From Veleropilina oligotropha (taxonomy: Eukaryota), in the NCBI GenBank assembly GCA_048128005.1, contig JBEUKZ010000081.1, positions 186,001-250,000 on the forward strand: a stretch of 64,000 bases of DNA. The letters are read 5' to 3'. The notes beneath the pieces are model-generated. The model saw only the letters and a list, made by a program, of their open reading frames with translations, did no database searches and was not told where the DNA came from. This document shows positions 1-12,483 of the stretch, one piece after another; positions within the stretch are counted from its first letter, which is position 1; each line of letters opens with the position of its first letter. Made by a program: the position numbers and the translations under genes.

Positions 1-3000
1 TATAGGATAAGGTGGAGGTGTGGGCATGTACATAAGGCAGGGCATTAACTATAAAATAAGGTGGAGGTGTGGGCATGTACATTAGGCAGGGCATTAACTA
101 TAAGATAAGGTGGAGGTGTGGGCATGTACATTAGGCAGGGCATTAACTATAAAATAAGGTGGAGATGTGGGCATGTACATTAGGCAGGGCATTAACTATA
201 AGATAAGGTGGAGGTGTGGGCATGTACATAAGGCAGGGCATTAACTATAAAATAAGGTGGAGGTGTGGGCATGTACATTAGGCAGGGCATTAACTATAAA
301 ATAAGGTGGAGATGTGGGCATGTACATTAGGCAGGGCATTAACTATAAAATAAGGTGGAGATGTGGGCATGTACATTAGGCAGGGCATTAACTATAAGAT
401 AAGGTGGAGATGTGGGCATGTACATTAGGCAGGGCATTAACTATAAGATAAGGTGGAGATGTGGGCATGTACATTAGGCAGGGCATTAACTATAAGATAA
501 GGTGGAGGTGTGGGCATGTACATTAGGCAGGGCATTAACTATAAGATAAGGTGGAGATGTGGGCATGTACATAAGGCAGGGCATTAACTATAAGATAAGG
601 TGGAGGTGTGGGCATGTACATAAGGCAGGGCATTAACTATAAGATAAGGTGGAGGTGTGGGCATGTACATAAGGCAGGGCATTAACTATAAGATAAGGTG
701 GAGATGTGGGCATGTACATTAGGCAGGGCATTAACTATAAGATAAGGTGGAGATGTGGGCATGTACATAAGGCAGGGCATTAACTATAAGATAAGGTGGA
801 GGTGTGGGCATGTACATTAGGCAGGGCATTAACTATAAGATAAGGTGGAGGTGTGGGCATGTACATTAGGCAGGGCATTAACTATAGGATAAGGTGGAGG
901 TGTGGGCATGTACATTAGGCAGGGCATTAACTATAAGATAAGGTGGAGATGTGGGCATGTACATAAGGCAGGGCATTAACTATAAGATAAGGTGGAGGTG
1001 TGGGCATGTACATTAGGCAGGGCATTAACTCTAGGATAAGGTGGAGGTGTGGGCATGTACATTAGGCAGGGCATTAACTATAGGATAAGGTGGAGGTGTG
1101 GGCATGTACATTAGGCAGGGCATTAACTATAGGATAAGGTGGAGGTGTGGGCATGTACATAAGGCAGGGCATTAACTATACGATAAGGTGGAGGTGTGGG
1201 CATGTACATAAGGCAGGGCATTAACTATAAGATAAGGTGGAGGTGTGGGCATGTACATAAGGCAGGGCATTAACTATAAGATAAGGTGGGGGTGTGGGCA
1301 TGTACATAAGGCAGGGCATTAACTATAAGATAAGGTGGAGATGTGGGCATGTACATTAGGCAGGGCATTAACTATAAGATAAGGTGGAGGTGTGGGCATG
1401 TACATTAGGCAGGGCATTAACTATAGGATAAGGTGGAGGTGTGGGCATGTACATTAGGCAGGGCATTAACTATAGGATAAGGTGGAGATGTGGGCATGTA
1501 CATTAGGCAGGGCATTAACTATAAGATAAGGTGGAGGTGTGGGCATGTACATAAGGCAGGGCATTAACTATAAGATAAGGTGGAGGTGTGGGCATGTACA
1601 TAAGGCAGGGCATTAACTATAAGATAAGGTGGAGGTGTGGGCATGTACATTAGGCAGGGCATTAACTATAAGATAAGGTGGAGGTGTGGGCATGTACATA
1701 AGGCAGGGCATTAACTATAAGATAAGGTGGAGGTGTGGGCATGTACATAAGGCAGGGCATTAACTATAAGATAAGGTGGAGGTGTGGGCATGTACATAAG
1801 GCAGGGCATTAACTATAAGATAAGGTGGAGGTGTGGGCATGTACATAAGGCAGGGCATTAACTATAAGATAAGGTGGAGGTGTGGGCATGTACATTAGGC
1901 AGGGCATTAACTATAAGATAAGGTGGAGGTGTGGGCATGTACATTAGGCAGGGCATTAACTATAAGATAAGGTGGAGGTGTGGGCATGTACATTAGGCAG
2001 GGCATTAACTATAGGATAAGGTGGAGGTGTGGGCATGTACATTAGGCAGGGCATTAACTATAGGATAAGGTGGAGGTGTGGGCATGTACATTAGGCAGGG
2101 CATTAACCATAGGATAAGGTGGAGGTGTGGGCATGTACATAAGGCAGGGCATTAACTATAAGATAAGGTGGAGGTGTGGGCATGTACATAAGGCAGGGCA
2201 TTAACTATAAGATAAGGTGGAGGTGTGGGCATGTACATAAGGCAGGGCATTAACTATAAGATAAGGTGGAGGTGTGGGCATGTACATAAGGCAGGGCATT
2301 AACTATAAGATAAGGTGGAGATGTGGGCATGTACATTAGGCAGGGCATTAACTATAAGATAAGGTGGAGGTGTGGGCATGTACATTAGGCAGGGCATTAA
2401 CTATAAGATAAGGTGGAGATGTGGGCATGTACATTAGGCAGGGCATAAACTATAAGATAAGGTGGAGGTGTGGGCATGTACATTAGGCAGGGCATTAACT
2501 ATAAAATAAGGTGGAGGTGTGGGCATGTACATTAGGCAGGGCATTAACTATAAGATAAGGTGGAGGTGTGGGCATGTACATAAGGCAGGGCATTAACTAT
2601 AAGATAAGGTGGAGGTGTGGGCATGTACATAAGGCAGGGCATTAACTATAAAATAAGGTGGAGGTGTGGGCATGTACATTAGGCAGGGCATTAACTATAA
2701 GATAAGGTGGAGATGTGGTCATGTACATTAGGCAGGGCATTAACTATAAGATAAGGTGGAGGTGTGGGCATGTACATAAGGCAGGGCATTAACTATAAAA
2801 TAAGGTGGAGGTGTGGGCATGTACATAAGGCAGGGCATTAACTATAAGATAAGGTGGAGGTGTGGGCATGTACATTAGGCAGGGCATTAACTATACGATA
2901 AGGTGGAGATGTGGGCATGTACATTAGGCAGGGCATTAACTATAAGATAAGGTGGAGGTGTGGGCATGTACATAAGGCAGGGCATTAACTATAAGATAAG

Positions 3001-3196
3001 GTGGAGGTGTGGGCATGTACATAAGGCAGGGCATTAACTATAAGATAAGGTGGAGGTGTGGGCATGTACATAAGGCAGGGCATTAACTATAAGATAAGGT
3101 GGAGGTGTGGGCATGTACATAAGGCAGGGCATTAACTATAAGATAAGGTGGAGATGTGGGCATGTACATTAGGCAGGGCATTAACTATAAGATAAG
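1..3196 (+). repeat. 49-bp minisatellite (~65 copies, runs off the window start) derived from the LINE endonuclease coding sequence
   Basis: Unit aggtggaggtgtgggcatgtacattaggcagggcattaactataagata has period 49; the last unit runs in frame into the LINE ORF (GGDVGMYIRQGINYKIRPDL). Confidence 0.97.
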
Positions 3197-5702
3197 ACCA
3201 GACCTTGCCATATTTGAAGAAAGAATATTTCAGTCTTTAGTTATTGAAATTATACAAAATAAGTCAAAGAATATAATTGTCGGGGTGATATATAGACCAC
3301 CTGGAAGTAACCTCGATATTTTTCAGAACAATTTGGAAACTTTACTCACAAACATCAATAAGGAAAATAAAAATTGTCATTTAGCTGGTGATTTTAATCT
3401 TGAATTAGTAAAATGCGAACAACACGGAGTAACAAATGATTTCTTTAATACTTTAATATCCCATTCATTTTACCCGCTTATAACCAGACCAACGAAAATT
3501 ACACAATATTCTGGGACTCTGATAGATAATATATTCACCAATGATTTAAGTCATGATATAAAAGCTGGGATTTTATTTGCTGATATTTCGGATCATTTGC
3601 CTATTTTTCAAATCACGAAAAGCAAATTGTCAAGTCCAAAAAGTACAACATCAATATATAAACGTGTGTACAATGAAGAAAACATCAACTCCTTTATTAA
3701 TGAATTAGAAAGAGAATCTTGGGAAGACGTACACAGTGAACTAGATGCCAACGTTGCGTATACTAACTTTATTACAAAATACAAAAGTTTATATGAGAAA
3801 TTATTTCCTTTAAAACGAGTTAATGAAAATAAAGTAAAAAACAAACCATGGATGACTTCAGGATTAATTCAATCTTGGAAGAGGAAAAATAAATTATATA
3901 AAAAGTTTCTGCAAAGACCATCTGTTACATCTGAACATAAATACAAATCATACAGAAATAAATTAAATCATTTGTTAAAAATTGAAAAGAAGAAATTCTA
4001 TGCAAACAAATTAATATGTACAAAAGACAATTTAATCATTAAATCTGTTATTAATAAAAAGACGGACATACACAATTTACCAAAATAATTTACACACAAT
4101 AACATTAAAATAACTGTCGATCAATGTATTGCTAAACATTTCAATGAATACTTCACAAATATTGGGCCTCAGCTGGCCAATACAATTCCCAAAGCTGCAA
4201 ACAGTTACCAGGAGTATATGACAGGTAATTATCCTAACACTCTCTTCTTTACACCCGTGGATGAAAAAGAGGTTCTAGCCATCATCTCTAACTTGAAAAG
4301 GATAAAAGTTGTGGTCATGATGGGTTCACTCCAAATGTAATTAAAAAAACTGCCAGCACTATTATATGTACCTTGGTATCAATCATAAACAAGTCATTAT
4401 TAACGGGAGTTGTTCCTAACTCTTTGAAAATTGCCAAAATGATACCGATTTTTACTAATTATAGGCCTATATCATTGCTACCTATTTTCTCTAAGATTAT
4501 GGAGAAGCTGGTTTATAACCGACTTATAAATTACATGAATCGCAATGACATTATTTATCAACGGCAATATGGTTTTCGAGAAAAACACTCAACATCAATC
4601 AATGGCTCTCATAGATTTAGTTACCAAAATTTCTCAAGCAATAGATAATAAAGAATACACAATGGGCATATTTATAGATCTCTCAAAAGCATTTGACACG
4701 GTTAATCATGAAATATTGCTAAAAAAAATACAATTTTATGGAATACGTGGAGTAGCTCTTAGCTGGTTTCAAAATTATTTAAATACCAGAAAACAATATG
4801 TATCGATTAATAACAAAGAATGTGATATGAAAAATATTACATGCGGCGTTCCACAAGGGTCTATATTGGGTCCATTACTCTTTATCATATACATTAATGA
4901 TCTAACGAACACAACCACAATACTAAACTTTATTCTATTTGCAGATGACACAACTATATTTTACAAACACAAAAACTATCAAACTCTGATTAACACAATA
5001 AATAATGAACTAAAAAAATTGCCGATTGGTTTATTCCAAATGAAGTGCAAATTCAAATTGAAAATTTCAATGTGACTCGCGTTTCTAGTACCAAATTTTG
5101 GGGAGTAATAATTGATGAAAGTTGACATTGGGGAACCCACATAACAAACATAGAGGGAAAAGTATCAAAAAGCATTGGTGTACTATATAAATTGAAGCAA
5201 TCCCTCCCCTCGTATATATTATCCATGTTATATTCTTCTTTAATATTGCCGTATTTTCAATATTGCACAATTGTATGGGCAAGAACATATAAAGCTAGAC
5301 TACATAAATTATACCTTTTACAAAAGAAGGCCATTAGGCTGGCTACTTCATCATCATATTTGGAACACTCATTACCCTTGTTTTATCGACTTCGACAGCT
5401 CACATAGTTTGATATTTATAAATTACAATTAAGTAGGAATATTCATGTTTAAATTTTATTCAAATGATTTACCTTTACCTTTTAAGAAATATTTTGTTGC
5501 AAATTCTGAAATACATAGTCATAATACAAGAAATCACGATAATTGTCATATAAATATCTGCAAATCAAATACGGGGATGTTCTCTCTTAAACAATGCGGT
5601 CCTCGGCTCTGGAATACATTGCAAATACATATAAAACAATCTCTTTCAATAGGTCATTTCAAATCACACTCCAAAACAATTTTGATGAATGCCTATATAT
5701 AG
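3147..5702 (+). pseudogene. LINE ORF2 (APE endonuclease-reverse transcriptase) broken by stops and frameshifts
   Basis: Fragments 3156-4088, 4373-4648, 4545-5075, 5192-5407 and 5445-5702 are collinear pieces of one EN-RT protein. Confidence 0.92.
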
Positions 5703-5938
5703 CATCTTTAAAATGCTAATTTACTCATATGTGAGTGCGTATTCAACTTATTCTTTATGTCAAATATTATATGTATAACAATTTATCCTGGGTGGTCTAC
5801 TAATAAGCCCTTTGGGTTTCAATCAGATCTCCCAGCCATAGCACAGGATATAGAAATTTTGTATATAATCTTGATTACAATATATCACAACAATATATCA
5901 CTTCATAATTTATATATAATTACTATATGTACACACGC

Positions 5939-5970
<32 letters not shown>

Positions 5971-6127
5971 CTAGTATATAATTATAACATGTGCAATACT
6001 TATGTGTGTATATCATAATTATTTATATATTACATTATTTATATATTTATATTAAATAGACGTATTTATTGTACAATATTTATTTATAAATCTTGCTATG
6101 GTAAATAAATTTTGAATTTGAATTTGA
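3147..6127 (+). mobile_element. Decayed non-LTR retrotransposon, CR1/L2 group (Crack/Daphne-like)
   Basis: APE endonuclease motifs (GVIYRPP, GDFN, TLIDNIF, SDHLP) and RT motifs (NYRPISLL, FIDLSKAFDTVNH, GVPQGSILGPLLF, LFADDT); 3' UTR ends AATAAA (6104-6109) followed by a (TTTGAA)n tail. Confidence 0.93.
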
Positions 6128-6150
6128 CATCCGGACTATGAAAAGTTGAG

Positions 6151-6862
6151 TGCATACCAATCATTATCCAGATTTGAATCAGTAGACCGCATACCAATCA
6201 ACATCAGGACTCGGATCAGTAGTTAGCATACCAATCATTATCTGGACTTGGATCAGTAGTCCGCATACCAATCATTATCCGGACTCGAATCAGTAGAACG
6301 CATACCAATCATTATCCAGACTTGAACAGTAGACCACATACCAATTATTATCCCGACTTGAATCAGTAGACCGCATACCAATCATTATCCTGACTTGGAA
6401 TCGGATCAGAAAACCGCATACCAACCATTGTCCGGACTCGGAATCAGATCAGTAGACCGCATACCAATCATTATCCGGACTCGGATCAGTAGACCACATT
6501 GGTCATTACCAATCATTATCCGGACTTGGATCAGAAGACCACATACCAATCATTATCCGGACTCGAATCAGTAGACCGCATACCAATCATTATCCGGACT
6601 CAAATCATTAGACCGTATATGTACCAATCATTATCCAGACTCGAATCAGTAGACCGCATACCAATCATTATCCAGACTCGAATCAGTAGACCGTATATGT
6701 ACCAATCATTATCCAGACTCGAATCAGTAGACCGCATACCAATCATTATCCGGACTCGAATCAGTAGACCGTATATGTACCAATCATTATCCAGACTCGA
6801 ATCAGTAGACCGCATACCAATCATTATCCGGACTCGAATCAGTAGACCGCATACCAATCACC
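6151..6862 (+). repeat. ~37-bp minisatellite
   Basis: Unit cataccaatcattatccggactcgaatcagtagaccg with a 41-bp variant; starts just after the LINE tail. Confidence 0.92.
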
Positions 6863-7419
6863 ATCCGCATTAAGCCATTATGATAAATAGAGTGCATGAC
6901 AATCTTTATCCAGACTCGGACCAATCAACATCCTGGCAAACAATTCCTGAAAAGTTCATTCATAGCTGTGCAAAGGATTCGGAATAATCAGGCTAACAAA
7001 CATACGAACAAACTGGGTTAAAGATAACCTTCATCCATTCCTTGATGTCCTACTTAAGTCAGTAACTGTATGTAATGAACTATTTTCAATTAGTCACATC
7101 TTATCAATACGGTTGATATTTCAATTGCCATGCTCTAACGACACTTATTTCTTATAATTGTAAAGCAAGAAAACATGAAATAAAATAAATTCTTATTTGA
7201 GAATGCAACAAAATTATACTATTTCCAGTTAAAACTGTGTTCTTGCAGCCAGTTGTTACAAGTTATTACACATTGTCTTGTATAAATAATTTGAATTAAA
7301 TATTTTCAATTTGAATTAAGGGTGCTTAATTGTTTATTTCAAGACAACACGATCAAAACATATAATGAACACCACTTAAATATATATCTAAATCACTCAT
7401 TGACAAGCATCTATACTAA

Positions 7420-8447
7420 AGCCAAGTTCTCACCTTTACGGTTCTCTCCCCCGATGTCTATGTTGCAACTACCACGGCAAACCGTGAGGATCCGCTACAC
7501 TTTTTTTATGACCTACTATGGCTGTACTTCGGTTATTGACGACAGTCGACGGTGAACTTACGACGTACCTACGACATTCCACGACAAGCATACGGTGAGG
7601 ACCACGGAACTGCTACGGTACTTTACGGTTTGTCTACGGCATGCTACGACATCCTACGCTTTTCTATGGTCAACCGTACTGAGCATACAGTGGTCTCATG
7701 GTATTGTACGGTTGTCTACGGCATACTGTACAAGTCTACGGCGCTTGACGATCGTCTACGGTGCACTTTGCTGGTGAATATTTAAAGGTCCTCGCTCTCT
7801 TCACCCTCTCATTCGACCGTCGTCACCCAGACAGATCACTACAATGTCCCATTTTAGATAGCTCTTGTCATCGAAAGTTGTTGTCTGAAAGAGGGAAGAA
7901 TTTGTGCAGCCTGCCTTTTATACTCTGCAGACATCACGTGTCGCCGTCCACCGTAGACAGTCATAGCGGCACCGCAGACACACCGTAGAGATCCGTTGTA
8001 ACACCGTGACCTTAACCGTAGCCTACCATAGCAAAGTTCGCCGACATTCATCACCAAATCTTACTCTACTGTAGTGACATCGTAGATGAACCGTAGCATT
8101 ACCATAGCATACCGTAGCAAGTCGTGCTAAAACGTAGTCTGCCACGGCGAACCATGAAGGCAATGAACGTACGGTTCATTATGGATCATCACGAATCAGT
8201 CTACGACCTTCGACGACAACCTACGGTGCTTCTATGTCAACCTACGGACAAAACGCCGTAGCGACACCGTGATGGTTTTGTGCATGCACAAAATTTTTAC
8301 CTATTTCTACGGTCCTTCCCGGTGAACGACGGAATAGTACGGTCACTCACGGATCAGTCTACGACGCTTCACGGATCATCCCGGATGGCCACGGTGAGGT
8401 GAACCATAGCGATTCATAGTGTGAACCGTGTAGGTGAGAACTGGGCT
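7420..8447. mobile_element. Non-autonomous PIF/Harbinger-type DNA transposon
   Basis: ~27-bp imperfect TIRs AGCC(A/C)AGTTCTCACCT..ACGGTTC; TAA on both sides (7417-7419, 8448-8450); interior rich in CTACGG/CCGTAG motifs. Confidence 0.8.
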
Positions 8448-8733
8448 TAAGGCACGATATATACCCATGCTAACACAACTTACAACGCTAACACAAAATG
8501 ATACTTGAAGGTTAAATATTAAGTAACAGTATAGCAATTAAACATGAAAAGGAAAATTCCATTAGACAGTTTGACCTGTGATACAATTTGACATTTTTAA
8601 AATTGGTATTCAGCAGTTTTAGTATAATTATAAATTCCATGAATATTTTGTCAACCAATGCAGCTTTTCTACTGATGCACCAATACTAGTACTTAGAAAT
8701 TACAAAATAGATCGACGAATGAATAAAGTAAAC

Positions 8734-9067
8734 GGTGCTCTTTCGGTACTTCCCCACAGCTCCGGCTTTCATCCATATTTAGGAGCTCCGGTTTGTATTT
8801 GTCTTAAATTTTCACACTCCGCGTATTATTTGCTACTAAAGGCAAATGCAGCTTGCGATAAGATACACGTGATGGGTTACGTAGTTGTATTGGCTTTACA
8901 AACGTATATACACCGGACCACCCCGTGAGCCTGGACTGACAGAGGTTCACCTGTTGCTAGTCCCCATGGATTTAACATTAACGACGCATCCAAAGTCGGA
9001 GATGAAAAACCGGATTTCCAAAGTTGAGTAAAAGCCGGAGCTGTGGGGGAAGTAACGAAAGAGCGCC
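8734..9067. mobile_element. MITE with ~36-bp TIRs, 8-bp TSD (Merlin- or hAT-like)
   Basis: TIR GG(T/C)GCTCTTTCG(G/T)TACTTCCCC(C)ACAGCTCCGGCTTT; flanks aagtaaac / aaataaac (1 mismatch). Confidence 0.7.
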
Positions 9068-9218
9068 AAATAAACAGCTAAAGCAATATCAAAGTTCCAG
9101 GCCAGAAACCACATCCAACAATTGTACGCAGCTGGCAGCCTCATGCATCCGTATTGAAAATGGTTCCCTTCATTAAACAGAACCAATAATAAGTTCAGAT
9201 CTGTGCACTTTACGTTGA

Positions 9219-9479
9219 GGGAGGGAGGAATGATGCTTAATGTCTTGTATATTTACAACATCGAGGTTCAAGGCATGACATGTCCGTGTTATCGCGGGAG
9301 GAAACCCTGGTCGCCCGGGTAAACCCGCCCTCTTCGGCCAGTCGCGGACAACTGTGATTCATAACTTGAACAAATGTCAATGCCTCAGCCAGGTATTGAA
9401 CCCACCACTGTTCGCATTAGTGGAATGAAACCAGTGAATTTAGAGTGGACACTCTACCCACTGCGCTGCTGAAGCGGCC
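9219..9479 (-). mobile_element. tRNA-derived SINE with V-domain-like core
   Basis: tRNA-like head with B box GGTTCAATACC, core GGGTTTACCCGGGCGACC.GGGTTTCCTCCC, (TCCC)n tail; 13-bp TSD cactttacgttga; many copies in the window. Confidence 0.88.
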
Positions 9480-10947
9480 CACTTTACGTTGAACTCATGA
9501 TCAGTCATTGATCTGGTTCAACATGACTTTGAATCCTGGAGATGATCAGACTAGTGTGTCTAGGTGGGGCATTTACCAGGGTTTCGAAATGAGGCTGTTA
9601 ATATAAATATGTCAGATATGGTATTGGCAAAAATTAATGTAAACTGGATAAATGTCCAAACTTTCAAAACCTGAAATTTCAGAACTGTCCATTCCTGCAA
9701 TTAAGTAATTTCATGCATATACAAAGAACCGGAAATCAATCGATATGAGGAATATAATAAATGATGGAGTCAGATAATGCTGCAGTCATTCATTGGAATA
9801 TAGCGTTAGCATAGGCACTATCCAAGGACCAAACTTCATTTATTTCTTATAAGAATGTGCTATTGTAGTCCATGCACCTCGATTACCAGACGATAGTTGC
9901 TTGGATTAGCGTGCGTCGTCACTTGTCATAATGATCCCATGATAAGCGACCCACAGTCCAGACACATTCAACCTTTCTAAGTACATTTATTTAATTATTT
10001 TACAATCCTAATTTTGGCCTGTCACATTGACATAAACAAATGATGGTTTCTCAGAGAAAGCCACAGCCTTTTCCATCAGCTAATGGGGCAGCCATTGATT
10101 TTACTGTCTGAGCGACACTGCGCAGTTTGCGATGACCGTGATGCGCTCACCACTTCGGATCTCGGCGTGCCGGCTCGTCCACTAATTTATACAAAAGTAT
10201 TGCACCAGACTTGAAATGTAGTAGTTTAGTCTACTAATTTACACCATTTGAAGTACTTAGCGCAGACTTCAAATCTGATCTGACACCATAATTGAAAGTC
10301 AGGTAGCATTTCTGTGTGATTCCGGCCACAATAGAATTGCTTGTACTCTATTAGATGGAAGCTATTAGCTTAATGGGATAAATAGATGCTTCCAAATTGA
10401 CCCGAACTCCAAGAATTGGATTAACTTTGTCTCAAGAACAAGATAAATATGGTCCCGCTACGTGGGAAATAATCGCAGGTCTTCAGAGGTCATCAGACAT
10501 TTCAGCAGAGAAGACAGACGAAGCACAATCCAGCGGAACCCAATCGCAACTAACATCGGAACAAGCAGCACGAAACGAATAGATCAAGGACAAGTGAAGA
10601 AACGTGATTGCATTTGCTCACATAATTTGTCATCAAGATAATAGATTGCCAGTTTCACAGCCATGTTTAACTATTTTCCCATCTTATTTCAGCAGAACAT
10701 TGGTTTATCGTCTGTGTTTCATTGATTGGTAAAAACTTTTCGGCAATCTCTGCTAGTAGCTAAAAACATTGCAAATTTATGCCAAATCAGCACTAAGTTT
10801 AGAACAAGTAACACTTCTTCGATGGTCTATCTTGTTAAAAGTGTTACCAAATCAGCACTGAGTTTAGAACAAGTAACTCTTCTTCGATAGTCTATCTTGT
10901 TACAAGTGTTACCAACAATACATAAATAATATAAATTAACAGTAAAG

Positions 10948-11211
10948 GAAAGGATCGTTGCTTAATGTCCTGTATATTTCCAACCATCATTTGGTTCAAA
11001 GCAGGACATGTCCATATTATCGCTGGAGGAAAGCCCGGTCGTCTGGGGAAACCCGACCTCTCCGACCAGTTAAAGACAATTGATATTCATAACTTGAACA
11101 AATGTGTGCTGCCCCAGTCGAGGTTTGAACCCACTACTGTTCGCGTCAGCGGAATAATGCCGGTGATTTTTCGGAGTCCGCCACATATACTACACAGCTG
11201 TCGAAGCAGCC
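10948..11211 (-). mobile_element. tRNA/V-type SINE, (TTTCC)n-tail subfamily
   Basis: Homologous to the 9219 SINE; 14-bp TSD aattaacagtaaag (10934-10947, 11212-11225). Confidence 0.85.
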
Positions 11212-11275
11212 AATTAACAGTAAAGCAATCTTCCATTAATAAATGAGGTTTTAATGTAAACCTAATATTAGTATA

Positions 11276-11495
11276 AAACATACTTACGTCCTTACTCTTG
11301 CTAGCCATAATAGTAATATTATTGCTAACCGGAAACAGTGAATAAGTCACATTATGCACTATTAATAAGTCAAAGACGCAAAAACGTACCACGGTTACCT
11401 CCCCTGCTCCTCCTCCCCCACGTTCCCCCGCGAGACCTCGCCAAGTCTCGCGAGACTTCTGAACCATAGAAGTCACATGACATCAATTCAAAGTT
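11276..11495. repeat. DIRS-A right inverted terminal repeat
   Basis: Reverse complement of 18499-18718; no differences seen. Confidence 0.92.
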
Positions 11496-11556
11496 CAAAA
11501 ACCACAAAGGAACGTAGTAGAGGGGAGGAATGCGAAACGCAGGGTGGGTAATCGTG

Positions 11557-11646
11557 GTAAGGACGTAAGTATGTTTTATACTAATATTAGGTTTACATTA
11601 AAACCTCATATATAGTTACAAACATACTTACGTCCTTACTCTTGCC
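11557..11646. other. DIRS-A internal complementary region (ICR)
   Basis: Reads as the circle junction of the element: ...ggtttacattaaaacctca-tatatagttacaaacatacttacg..., i.e. the element's 3' extension joined to its 5' terminus. Confidence 0.9.
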
Positions 11647-12483
11647 AGAATAACCTTGGATAGGTGGGTAAGACGTTCCTTACAACAAACCCAAACAAGA
11701 TAATGACTTACTTGTCACCAATTCAATCAGCATGAAGCGTCGATTGTGTCCGCCTAGAGTGGAATTTTACTGAGTATTATATTCTACTCTTACCAAGCGA
11801 GAATTTCGACCAGTGTTACCGGGAGAATACGCCGTGGTATTAGTCGGACGAGGTGAACGGAAGTGCAATCAGCCCCAGGCACGGCCGGAAGGATAAATCC
11901 CTGTAGGTCTTACGTGTCATGGACCAGTGGCAGCCAAATGGGACTCCGGGCCTATAGGCCGGTAGCCAGAGGATGCAGTCGGATTTGTAAGCACACGGAA
12001 CCTAACAGGTTGTGAAAGCTTTAAATCAAAAGCAAAGAATTAATAGATTATTATAAATAATCGATATTAATAAGTAATTCGCATGACCAACTTGCGAACG
12101 CTAACATGGACGACATGTCACTTAAAATAAAATTTTAAGGAAGCAAAAATGTTCGACATGTTACTTAAAAATTAAATGTTAAGGAATCAAAAATTTTTCA
12201 ATGTATTGAACATCGTATGTTCGATTACAGCAAAGAACATAATAATATTGAACCTCAATCTTTTTTAAGATTTGTGCAAAATTATAAAAGTTGTTTTATT
12301 AAATTCAATGTAATCTGGCTGTCAACACTCAGGTCTGACATGAAAAGTACAAAATCTTAAAATAGATTTAAGAAATGAACAGACATTGAACTGCCTCATA
12401 GGTGTTAATTTCATAGCACCGTTTGGCCAACAAAAATAAAATGGCGTCAGTAAATATGCAAATGATCAATCAGAGAACAATAC

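Noticed and set aside
1..3196. CRISPR-like array
   Set aside because: Head-to-tail units with no unique spacers, eukaryotic context, no cas genes.
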